Below are positions 1-11,344 of a stretch of DNA of 64,000 nucleotides, piece by piece. Source of the stretch: Eledone cirrhosa (taxonomy: Eukaryota); NCBI GenBank assembly GCA_964016885.1, contig OZ024752.1:34720001-34784000 (forward strand), in the 5' to 3' direction. The translations under genes and the position numbers were made by a program. Within the stretch, counting starts at the first letter, position 1, and every line of letters begins with the position of its first letter. Under the pieces are notes generated by a model. That model made no database searches, was not told the DNA's origin, and saw only the letters and a program-made list of their open reading frames with translations.

Positions 1-525
1 ATGGGTTGTTTAATACCCCGTCGATAGAACAACCCTCAACTCGAGGAGCGTGTTGTGCAAGTGCTCCTTTCTTCCTTTTGCTCTCTTCCTCAACCTACAG
101 GCTTATAAACAGAGAAGGCCCAATCACTCGGGCCATTTTCGCTTCATTCACCCACCTTTCAGTAAATTTACTGGGGTGCGGTGCCTCTCTCTCCACCCTG
201 ATTCTCCTTCTAAAGTGATACTTAAAGAAGGGAATCAATTGTTGTCCGGAGAGAAAGGCATCTGTCCTCAGTCCTCTCAACCTCGTCCACCATATAACTT
301 CTTTCACCATAGCCACCGTACAGAGGAAAACCGCCTCTCTTTCGTTTTTGAAAGAGTCTGGCGGTTTGATCCTTACTATGGACTCGGCAGTCAACTGTAT
401 TTGTCCCATACGCGACAGCAGTTGTTCTGCATAGTTCCACAGGTCGCTTACGCCCGGGCAGTGTACAACTGCGTGCAGAACTGTTTCAATGTCCTGCGCA
501 CATCTTGGACACGTCCTCTTGGAAG
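1..525 (-). mobile_element. 5'-truncated Tx1/L1-clade LINE fragment (ORF2 C-terminus), running off the window start
   Basis: Minus-strand ORF 95-409 (GQIQLTAESIVRIKPP...KFTERWVNEAKMARVIGPSL) is homologous to the ORF2 end at 11345-11700; CPRCAQDIETVLHAVVHCP zinc knuckle at about 455-511; abuts (GATA)n at 526-592. Confidence 0.85.
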
Positions 526-592
<67 letters not shown>

Positions 593-712
593 CCCTCTGA
601 GAGATGGGGGCGATAATATAGAATAACAATCCAGTACAAGGATGATTTAATCGACCCTCCCTCCCGCATCCACTTCTTCTTCTTATTCTTCTCCTCCTCC
701 TTATTATTATTA

Positions 713-897
713 TTGGATTGACAGTATCGGTAGAGGGTCGGACGCCATGCTTTCCAGCATAGTTACGTCCCTTTATGATCTGAGTTCAAATCCCGCCGAG
801 GTTGACTTTGCCTTTCATCCTTACGGGGTCAATAGAATAAAGTACCAGTAATGCACTGGTAAATTGCTGGCCTTGTGCCTAAAGTAGAAACAATTAT
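713..897 (+). mobile_element. tRNA-derived SINE (major family)
   Basis: A-box-like TGRCAGTATCGGT, B box GAGTTCAAATCC, central GCCTTTCATCCTTACGGGGTC, tail GTGCCTAAAGTAGAAACAATTAT; many copies in window. Confidence 0.9.
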
Positions 898-904
898 AAT
901 TCCG

Positions 905-1125
905 GGAGAGGGGTTATGGTTGGCATGGTCCTCAAAAACTCCTTCAAAAGCAACTGTCTCCAATTGATCCAGCCCGATCCCCAAGAAAGACGACCCGAGC
1001 TCATGAATGTCATCCAACCATCTTGTTCGGGAATACCCATGGGTCTCCCGTCGGTTGGTTTTGCCCACACAATATGTCCAGCGATTCTTTCCTGAGATAT
1101 TCTAATCACATGTCTACACCCAGAA
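905..1125 (-). mobile_element. Degraded RTE-clade LINE 3' fragment
   Basis: Frameshifted HVIRISQERIA..IVWAKPTDGRPMG / RTRWLDDIHEL, matching the RTE C-terminal GH..R..W.P.G.RP..RW.D pattern. Confidence 0.6.
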
Positions 1126-1186
1126 AAAAACAAGAATGAATTGTTGACCTTATATCTAAATTAGAAATCATTATAACCCTTTGATA

Positions 1187-1580
1187 GGGCGGTGGATTGG
1201 CAGTATCGGTAGAGGGTCGGACGCCATGCTTTCCAGCAGAGTTACGTCCCTTTACGATCTGAGTTCAAATCCCGCCGAGGTTAACTTTGCCTTTCATCCT
1301 TACGGGGTCGATAAAATAAAGTACCAGTAATGCACTGGGTAATTGCTGGCCTTGTGCCTAAAGTAGAAACAATTATTATTATTATTATTATTATTCCGGG
1401 GATTGGCAGTATCGGTAGAGGGTCGGACGCCATGTTTTGCAGCATAGAGTTACGGCCCTTTATGGTCTGAGTTCAAATCCTGCCGAGGTTGACTTTGCCG
1501 TTCATCATAACGGGGGTCGATAAAATAAAGTACCAGTAATGCACTGGGTATTTGCTGGCCTTGTGCCTAAAGTAGAAACA
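1187..1580 (+). mobile_element. Two tandem SINE copies sharing one 15-bp target-site duplication
   Basis: ATTATAACCCTTTGA at 1170-1184 and 1581-1595 flanks both copies. Confidence 0.85.
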
Positions 1581-1847
1581 ATTATAACCCTTTGAAGGTA
1601 ACCAGTGAGGTAACGTTTGCATGGTTGGGTAGCCTGCTAGAAATACCAGCTAAATCCTCTTTCAGATCACACCGTTGTCCCAAACAACAATTGCTGGAGT
1701 TATCACGATATTCGAGACCATTCTTATATTTACTCACTCATTCGAATTCATTCTTGTTATCTACATAAATATTTACAGTCTATAAAGCACTAATACTATA
1801 TTCAAAGACCTTATATTTTTATTGGAGTCGGGGGAAAATAGACATTG

Positions 1848-1924
1848 ACACACATACACACGTATATATATATATACATACATACACACACAAATATATA
1901 TATATATATATACATACACACACT

Positions 1925-2005
<81 letters not shown>

Positions 2006-2619
2006 CAGACAAAAGGGAAGGAAGAGAAAGAAAGAGAGAAAAAGAGAGAGAGTGAGAGAAAGAGAGAGAAAGAGCGCAAGAGAGAAAGAGGGAGGGAGCA
2101 AGAAAGAGAGAGAGTGACTGAGAGATTTTAGTTTAAAGTCTTTATAGATCAGAGAGTTTTGCAGAAAAGCAATTTTAATAAAATATCTTTAATTTCACAG
2201 TTGACCTCCATTTAGTAAAGGGTAACTGAAAAAAATTAGTTGGTTTGAGGTTTAGAAGAAATTATACGACCGTTTATTAAAAGAGAACTAATTCAAAGCA
2301 CAGCACTAACTGCTTCGAATACATTCTCTCTGTTTTACTCCAGGACGCCATATAAACCTAAAAACTTCTGCTTAGAGTCAACTACGTGTAAAGTGACTTA
2401 TATACACGCCGACGCGTAGATAAAGAGTTTAGTTTATGTACACAGCAGACATGCACCCCATTTACACCCCGTTTACACACATCTACACACATCTACATAG
2501 ATCTACACACATCTACATACATCTACATACATCTACATACATCTACACACAAACAAAGCGTTATGTAGTTTACTTTATCCATATATCAAAGAAAACCACA
2601 TTCGTAAACATAAATGTAT

Positions 2620-2667
<48 letters not shown>

Positions 2668-2686
2668 GTGCGCGTGTGTGTGCGTG

Positions 2687-2719
<33 letters not shown>

Positions 2720-2764
2720 GTATATATTTGTGTGTGTGTTATATATATATATATATGCATATAT

Positions 2765-2802
<38 letters not shown>

Positions 2803-2929
2803 GCATATATTTGTGCGTGTGTATATATATATATATGTATATATTTGTGTGTGTGTGTATGTATATGTATATATATATATATACTGTATATATATATATA
2901 TTTATATATATAGATGTATATATATATAT

Positions 2930-2993
<64 letters not shown>

Positions 2994-3180
2994 GTGCGCG
3001 TGTGAGTGTGTGTGTATATATATATATTTATATATATATATGTATATATTTGTGTGTGTGTGTATGTATATGTATATATATAATATATATATATATAGAT
3101 GTATATATATATACACACACACACATATATATATAAATATATAAATATATATATATATATGGGGGGGGGGTATGTGTGTG
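1848..3180. repeat. Compound (TA)n/(CA)n/(GA)n microsatellite region
   Basis: Dinucleotide tracts at about 1848-2116 and 2480-3180. Confidence 0.9.
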
Positions 3181-3283
3181 GTTATATTATACAGTATATA
3201 ACAATGTATATATAATGTAATTCCACATTTAAATGAGAGTGCTCATGGATCCTAATATTCCCACATCCATAGCGACATATATA

Positions 3284-3364
3284 CAGGGTGTCCCACAAAA
3301 ATGTATATACACTTTTAATAGAACGCTGTTAAAGTATGTATACATTTTTGAGGGACACCCAGTG
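3284..3364. mobile_element. Tc1/mariner-type MITE
   Basis: TA|CAGGGTGTCCCACAAAAATGTATA ... TATACATTTTTGAGGGACACCC terminal inverted repeats, TA flanks. Confidence 0.7.
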
Positions 3365-3413
3365 TATGAATATATATATATATATATATATATTCATATT
3401 TATATATATATAT

Positions 3414-3777
3414 AGGATGGAGAGAGAGGTGCTGCACCCCAGCCGTTTCTATGAAAGATGGGTGAAAGTGGCGAGAATGGCCCGTGTGAATGGGCCTTCA
3501 CTCTACATCAGACTATAGGTGAGGAAGATGAAAGACCAAGGGAGCACCCCTTCTCTGTGCTCCTGAGGAGAAGGGTTGCACACTTTTTTCGGGGGTGTGT
3601 GCGACCCCCCAAGGCGCCTCCTCTCTATTGAGGATTTTGTTAAAAATTTTATTTTTTGTTATATCTTATTTTATTTTTATATTTTGTTATTGCCTCCTCC
3701 TTATTGAGGACGCCTTTTTGTGTAAACTCCCCCCTTTGTACTTGTCCCACTTTTGATGCCCTAGTGGCAAATAAAAG

Positions 3778-3779
<2 letters not shown>
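3414..3779 (+). mobile_element. Tx1-clade LINE 3' end
   Basis: REVLHPSRFYERWVKVARMARVNGPSLYIRL*, then 3' UTR with AATAAA; nearly the same 3' UTR as 46889-47193. Confidence 0.85.
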
Positions 3780-3808
<29 letters not shown>

Positions 3809-4067
3809 TATTTATATATATATATTTATATATTTACATATTTGTGTATGTATGTGTGAGTGTGTATGTATATGTGTGTGTATATGCACACATATGTATA
3901 CACACACACACACACACATGTATTTATATATATATACAGAACATATATTTTAATGTTTGTTTTATAGGTTTGCGTAGAAAACACATTAACATGTACAAAA
4001 TGAAGGACTTTTACTGTGTACAGAGTCAATAAATGACACATATCACACACACACACACACACACACG

Positions 4068-4099
<32 letters not shown>

Positions 4100-4231
4100 C
4101 AGACACACATGCATTACACACACACACACACACAGCACATACGCAGTAACGTGCTGGGGTCGATTTAATCGACTTTCCCTTCCCTACAAATGTTGACCTT
4201 GTGCCTAAATCAGAAACTATTATTAAACGCC

Positions 4232-4328
<97 letters not shown>

Positions 4329-4342
4329 GTATATATATATAT

Positions 4343-4590
4343 CCATATCCAGGGAGTGTAACGTGGAGTTACTGTAGGTTCACCCGGGTGAGCACTCGAT
4401 GTTTAGGTTGACTTCAGTGTCGAGGTGTAGAGTTATACAGAGTGTATTATAGTTAAATAAGATAACAAGGACGATCGGTTACTCCTTCATTACGTTTATT
4501 GGTTGGTGACGCGCGTTTCGCCACTGACCAGCTCAAGCTTCGATCTGTATCGATCTGACCTGACTCCTGTAATCCGCGGCTCGTCAGGGT
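4343..4590 (-). mobile_element. Penelope-like 3' end (family D) with hammerhead core and 3' bulged stem-loop
   Basis: Minus strand CTGACGA-GCCGC...GTGGC-GAAAC-GCGC-GTC at 4587-4508, then AATAAA, stem-loop at 4444-4393, then (TA)n; stem I 5' strand not evident. Confidence 0.7.
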
Positions 4591-4802
4591 CTGAGTTTCA
4601 GAAGATCCCGTTATCGGTGAAAGCTACGATTATTTGCTTAATCTGTTCTTATAATAAATATTTGCTCTACTGATTTATATATATGGGGGGGGGGGGTAAA
4701 AGGTAAACAGAAATAACAACACAATCGGCACAGTATATGGAAGGGATATATTAGGTTAACGCTTGAAATAGCAGGAAGAAAATCCTTATCGAGCAGTCTT
4801 CA

Positions 4803-4990
4803 GGTGGATTGGCAGTATCGGTAGAGGGTTGGACGCCATACTTTCTAGCATAGTTATGTCCCTTTACGGTCTGAGTTCAAACCCCACCGAGGTTGACTTT
4901 GCCTTTCATCCTTACGGGGTCGATAAAATAAAGTACCAGTAATGCACTGGGTAATTGCTGGCCTTGTGCCTAAAGTAGAAACAATTATTA
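4803..4990 (+). mobile_element. tRNA-derived SINE
   Basis: Full-length match to the major SINE family. Confidence 0.9.
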
Positions 4991-5017
4991 CTATATATGT
5001 GTGTGTGTGTGTTTTAT

Positions 5018-5176
5018 ATGTTTTTGATATAGAAATGGCTGCTACAGGACTAGAACTGATGATTTCCTTCGAATGAAACAGTTCTAGTCCTGTAGAACCC
5101 ATTTTTATATTAATAACATTATATACTCTACTATGTATTGAGTACCTTACTGTTGTTAGCCCCGATTGAACCCGAG

Positions 5177-5178
<2 letters not shown>
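5018..5178 (+). mobile_element. Hammerhead foldback element, family A
   Basis: CTGATGA-TTTCCTTCGAAT-GAAA-CAG...CTG-TA from 5056; inverted arm 5018-5058; stem-loop 5124-5144; ends in (CA)n. Confidence 0.75.
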
Positions 5179-5238
<60 letters not shown>

Positions 5239-5288
5239 GCGCATAATAAAATACTTGGAACTCTTTTAACCATCTTTTGATCTTACAT

Positions 5289-5322
<34 letters not shown>

Positions 5323-5325
5323 TAT

Positions 5326-5460
5326 CCGTTTGTAATTGACGGACGAGAAAATAGGGTACTCAATACCGAAGTAGAGTTAAAATATTAATTTATCATGGCT
5401 AGGTAGTGAGACTTGTTAGTCTGGAGTTTCCCCTGTACACTCACAGGATAATCAGACAAG
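5326..5460 (-). mobile_element. Penelope-like 3' end (family F) with degenerate hammerhead
   Basis: Minus strand CTTGT-CTGATTA-TCCTGT..ACAGGG-GAAAC-TCCAGA-CTA-ACAAG at 5460-5412; stem-loop 5378-5357; related copy at 41801-41935 has the intact GTA site. Confidence 0.65.
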
Positions 5461-5609
5461 CTCTAGCGATGCTGCCAAGCCACCGCCATTGTAGATACAA
5501 GATATATAATCTAAAATATAATTTTAGACAAACAACCTGTACATGTAGCCGATGTCTCGGATTTATACAAAGCGCTGAAAAGATAAATTTAATATCAAGA
5601 ATTGTACCG

Positions 5610-8600
5610 GCTGATGACAACTTTTTTTCCGTCTTTAAAGGGTATTCATCCTACTTTATAAGCTATTTATGATAGTGGTTGAAGGCAACTTTCCCCGTCT
5701 TTAAAGGGTCTTCATCCTACTTTATAAGCTATTTATGATAGTGGTTGAAGGCAACTTTCCCCGTCTTTAAAGGGTCTTCATCCTACTTTATAAGCTATTT
5801 ATGATAGTGGTTGAAGGCATCTTTCCCCGTCTTTAAAGGGTCTTCATCCTACTTTATAAGCTATTTATGATAGTGGTTGAAGGCAACTTTCCCCGTCTTT
5901 AAAGGGTCTTCATCCTACTTTATAAGCTATTTATGATAGTGGTTGAAGGCAACTTTCCCCGTCTTTAAAGGGTCTTCATCCTACTTTATAAGCTATTTAT
6001 GATAGTGGTTGAAGGCAACTTTTCCCGTCTTTAGAAGGTCTTCATCCTACTTTATAAGCTATTTATGATAGTGGTTGAAGGCAACTTTCCCCATCTTTAA
6101 AGGGTCTTCATCCTACTTTATAAGCTATTTATGATAGTGGTTGAAGGCAACTTTCCCCATCTTTAAAGGGTCTTCGCCCTACTTTATAAGCTATTTATGA
6201 TAGTGGTTGAAGGCAACTTTCCCCGTCTTTAAAGGGTCTTCATCCTACTTTATAAGCTATTTACGATAGTGGTTGAAGGCAACTTTCCCCGTCTTTAAAG
6301 GGTCTTCATCCTACTTTATAAGCTATTTATGATAGTGGTTGAAGGCAACTTTTCCCGTCTTTAGAAGGTCTTCATCCTACTTTATAAGCTATTTATGATA
6401 GTGGTTGAAGGCAACTTTCCCCATCTTTAAAGGGTCTTCATCCTACTTTATAAGCTATTTATGATAGTGGTTGAAGGCAACTTTCCCCATCTTTAAAGGG
6501 TTTTCATCCTACTTTATAAGCTATTTATGATAGCGGCTAATGGCAACTTTCCCCATCTTTAAAGGGTCTTCATCCTACTTTATAAGCTATTTATGATAGT
6601 GGTTGAAGGCAACTTTCCCCATCTTTAAAGGGTCTTCATCCTACTTTATAAGCTATTTATGATAGTGGTTGAAGGCAACTTTCCCCATCTTTAAAGGGTT
6701 TTCATCCTACTTTATAAGCTATTTATGATAGCGGCTAATGGCAACTTTCCCCGTCTTTAAAGGGTCGTCATTCTACTTTATAAGCTATTTATGATAGTGG
6801 TTGAAGGCAACTTTCCCCGTCTTTAAAGGGTCTTCATCCTACTTTATAAGCTATTTATGATAGCGGTTGAAGGCAACTTTTCCCGTCTTTAAAGGGTCTT
6901 CATCCTACTTTATAAGCTATTTATGATAGCGGTTGAAGGCAACTTTCCCCGTCTTTAAAGGGTTTTCATCCTACTTTATAAGCTATTTATGATAGCGGTT
7001 GAAGGCAACTTTCCCCGTCTTTAAAGGGTCTTCATCCTACTTTATAAGCTATTTATGATAGTGGTTGAAGGCAACTTTCCCCGTCTTTAAAGGGTCTTCA
7101 TCCTACTTTATAAGCTATTTATGATAGTGGTTGAAGGCAACTTTCCCCGTCTTTAAAGGGTCTTCATCCTACTTTATAAGCTATTTATGATAGCGGTTGA
7201 AGGCAACTTTCCCGTCTTTAAAGGGTCTTCATCCTACTTTATAAGCTATTTATGATAGCGGTTGAAGGCAACTTTCCCCGTCTTTAAAGGGTCTTCATCC
7301 TACTTTATAAGCTATTTATGATAGTGGTTGAAGGCAACTTTCCCCGTCTTTAAAGGGTCTTCATCCTACTTTATAAGCTATTTATGATAGTGGTTGAAGG
7401 CAACTTTCCCCGTCTTTAAAGGGTCTTCATCCTACTTTATAAGCTATTTATGATAGTGGTTGAAGGCAACTTTCCCCATCTTTAAAGGGTTTCATCCTAC
7501 TTTATAAGCTATTTATGATAGTGGTTGAAGGCAACTTTCCCCGTCTTTAAAGGGTCTTCATCCTACTTTATAAGCTATTTATGATAGTGGTTGAAGGCAA
7601 CTTTCCCCATCTTTAAAGGGTTTTCATCCTACTTTATAAGCTATTTATGATAGCGGCTAATGGCAACTTTCCCCATCTTTAAAGGGTCTTCATCCTACTT
7701 TATAAGCTATTTATGATAGCGGCTAATGGCAACTTTCCCCGTCTTTAAAGGGTCGTCATTCTACTTTATAAGCTATTTATGATAGTGGTTGAAGGCAACT
7801 TTCCCCGTCTTTAAAGGGTCTTCATCCTACTTTATAAGCTATTTATGATAGTGGTTGAAGGCAACTTTCCCCGTCTTTAAAGGGTCTTCATCCTACTTTA
7901 TAAGCTATTAATGATAGCGGTTGAAGGCAACTTTCCCCGTCTTTAAAGGGTCTTCATCCTACTTTATAAGCTATTTATGATAGTGGTTGAAGGCAACTTT
8001 CCCCGTCTTTAAAGGGTCTTCATCCTACTTTATAAGCTATTTATGATAGCGGTTGAAGGCAACTTTTCCCGTCTTTAAAGGGTCTTCATCCTACTTTATA
8101 AGCTATTTATGATAGCGGTTGAAGGCAACTTTCCCCGTCTTTAAAGGGTTTTCATCCTACTTTATAAGCTATTTATGATAGCGGTTGAAGGCAACTTTCC
8201 CCGTCTTTAAAGGGTCTTCATCCTACTTTATAAGCTATTTATGATAGTGGTTGAAGGCAACTTTCCCCGTCTTTAAAGGGTCTTCATCCTACTTTATAAG
8301 CTATTTATGATAGTGGTTGAAGGCAACTTTCCCCGTCTTTAAAGGGTCTTCATCCTACTTTATAAGCTATTTATGATAGCGGTTGAAGGCAACTTTCCCG
8401 TCTTTAAAGGGTCTTCATCCTACTTTATAAGCTATTTATGATAGCGGTTGAAGGCAACTTTCCCCGTCTTTAAAGGGTCTTCATCCTACTTTATAAGCTA
8501 TTTATGATAGTGGTTGAAGGCAACTTTCCCCGTCTTTAAAGGGTCTTCATCCTACTTTATAAGCTATTTATGATAGTGGTTGAAGGCAACTTTCCCCGTC

Positions 8601-9290
8601 TTTAAAGGGTCTTCATCCTACTTTATAAGCTATTTATGATAGTGGTTGAAGGCAACTTTCCCCGTCTTTAAAGGGTCTTCATCCTACTTTATAAGCTATT
8701 CATGATAGCGGTTGAAGGCAACTTTCCCCGTCTCTAAAGGGTCTTCATCCTACTTTATAAGCTATTTATGATAGTGGTTGAAGGCAACTTTCCCCGTCTT
8801 TAAAGGGTCTTCATCCTACTTTATAAGCTATTTATGATAGTGGTTGAAGGCAACTTTCCCCGTCTTTAAAGGGTCTTCATCCTACTTTATAAGCTATTTA
8901 TGATAGTGGTTGAAGGCAACTTTCCCCGTCTTTAAAGGGTCTTCATCCTACTTTATAAGCTATTTATGATAGCGGTTGAAGGCAACTTTCCCCGTCTTTA
9001 AAGGGTCTTCATCCTACTTTATAAGCTATTTATGATAGTGGTTGAAGGCAACTTTCCCCGTCTTTAAAGGGACTTCATCCTACTTTATAAGCTATTTATG
9101 ATAGCGGTTGAAGGCAACTTTCCCCGTCTTTAAAGGGTCTTCACCCTACTTTATAAGCTAATTTTGATAGCGGCTGATGGGAACTTTAAAGGCTCTTCAT
9201 CCTACTTTATAAGCTATTTATGATAGTGGTTGAAGGCAACGTTTTTTCCCGTCTTCAAAGGGTCTTCGCCCTACTTTATAAGCTATTTTA
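5610..9290. repeat. 66-bp minisatellite, about 56 copies
   Basis: Unit GGTTGAAGGCAACTTTCCCCGTCTTTAAAGGGTCTTCATCCTACTTTATAAGCTATTTATGATAGT (unit starts at 5941 and 6007); stops in all six frames. Confidence 0.95.
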
Positions 9291-9857
9291 TAGCATCTCC
9301 GCGCATGAGCACACTATTCTTTATATAATTTATATTTAGACTTCTAAAAAAAAACAACGACCTTTGACCTTCCAAGTCCAATGAACTGAAGTGGTGGGTT
9401 CAAACTTAAACCCAAACTGAAATATCATCGGTTATTTTAGTTGTATTTCTGTTGACATTAAAGTTTTATGACATTAACATGCGATGCCATGATATTCAAC
9501 CCTTACATCACCATCCACAGCAGCAGTTCTTTAGAACAGCTGCGATATCACTGACAACCATCACATTAACAGCTTCACACTTCTGTTTAAAGAGTCACAG
9601 CTGGTTGAATCGGCAGGGAAGCTGCATTACTAGCTGATGGCTTCATAACTCCGATTCCAGACATCAATACAAACATCTAGTCGGCTATAACACACGGCTA
9701 CACTTATATTGGCTCTAAATGAACATAAAGTTGTTTGTTTTGTTGTTGTTGTTGTTGTTGTTGGTGTTGGTGGTGGTGGTGGTGGTTTTTTTTAGTAGGA
9801 TGGGAGGTGCGGGGGCAATCGATTAAATCTCTCCAAGTATTTGACTGATATTATTTC

Positions 9858-10650
9858 AGCGGTGGATTGGCAGTATCGGTAGAGGGTCGGACGCCATGCT
9901 TTCCAGCATAGTTACGTCCCTTTACCATCTGAGTTCAAATCCCGCCGAGGTTGACTTTGCCTTTCATCCTTACGGGGTCGATGAAATAAAGTACCAGTAA
10001 TGCACTGGGTAATTGCTGGCCTTGTGCCTAAAGTAGAAACAATTATTTCAGCGGTGGATTGGCAGTATCGGTAGAGGGTCAGACACCATGCTTTGACGTA
10101 TAGAGTTACGGCCCTTTCCATTCTGAGTTCAAATCCCACCTAGGTTAACTGTGCCTTTCATCCTTACGGGGTCGATAAAATAAAGTACCAGTAATGTACT
10201 GGTTAATTGCTGGCCTTGTGCCAAAAAAGTAGAAACAATTATTTCAGCGGTGGATTGGCAGTATCAGTAGAGGGTCTGACGCCATGCTTTGCAGCATAGA
10301 GTTATGGCCTTTTATGATCTGAGTTCAAATCCTGCCGAGGTTAACTTTGTCTTTCATCCTTAAGGGATCGATAAAATAAAGTACCAGTAATGCACTGGGA
10401 TAATTGCTAGCCTTGTGCCAAAAGTAGAAGCAATCATTTCAGCGGTGGATTGGCAGTATCGGTAAGCGTCAGACACCATGCTTTGCAGCATAGAGTTGCG
10501 TCCTTTTACGTTCTGAGTTCAAAACCAGCCAAGGTTAGCTTTACCTTGCATCCTTATGGGGCCGATAAAATAAAGTACCAGTAATGCACTAGGGTCTATT
10601 TAATTGACTTTCCCCTTAATCAAAATTGCTGGCCTTGTGCCTAAATCAGT
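9858..10650 (+). mobile_element. Head-to-tail array of four SINE copies
   Basis: Copies start at about 9858, 10050, 10246 and 10441, each preceded by ATTTCAGCGGTGGATTGG. Confidence 0.9.
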
Positions 10651-10691
10651 CTTTATTGGAATGATATTAATTAATTAACAATTCTTCTTCA

Positions 10692-10802
10692 GTCGATATT
10701 TTAGTCGGTGAATTTTCTGTCGGTCAATTTTTTGTCGGTGAATTTTTTTTGTCGGTGAATTGTTTGTCGATAAATTGTTTGTCGGTGAATTTTCCTGGAG
10801 CC
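10692..10802 (-). mobile_element. Probable DNA-transposon terminus with subterminal repeats
   Basis: About 7 repeats of GTCGGTGAATTTT ending in TTCCTGGAGCC; no partner end found. Confidence 0.45.
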
Positions 10803-11344
10803 AAAAATTTGTGGACGTAGCATGGTCGAATGGCAATCATTAAGCTCAGGGTTCGAACCCACTGAGTGGTGTCTTGAGCAAGTACCTCTTACAGTAGCCT
10901 CGGGTTGATCTGTGTTTTGTGAGTGAAATTGGGTAGTCTGTCAGACTCACTTTCATCCTTCCAGGGTCGGTAAAATGAAATACCAGTCAAGTAATGAGGG
11001 CTGATGGAATCAACTATGCCCTTTTCCCAAATTTTCTTGTGCCAAAATTAGAAATCAGTAATAATAATAATAATAATAATGGTTTCTTTATTGGCCACAA
11101 GGGCTAACACGAAGAAAAACATTAGAGACGGCACAGAACAGTACAGGACGATACAAAGGGGGTTTTGGTCGTGTATACAGATTATAACTAAATCGGGCTA
11201 GAAATCCCAAAAAATTCAAACAACAAAAATTCCCCAAGAAGGGGGAGACCTCTGAGGGTCACTCGTGGTGAAAACCACACAAAAGACCACGGCCACCCTG
11301 ACCACCAGGGCAAGCACCCTCTCTCACTTTTCCCACTCCTCAGT

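Noticed and set aside
5610-9290. CRISPR-like array or coding repeat
   Set aside because: No unique spacers, eukaryotic context, stops in all frames
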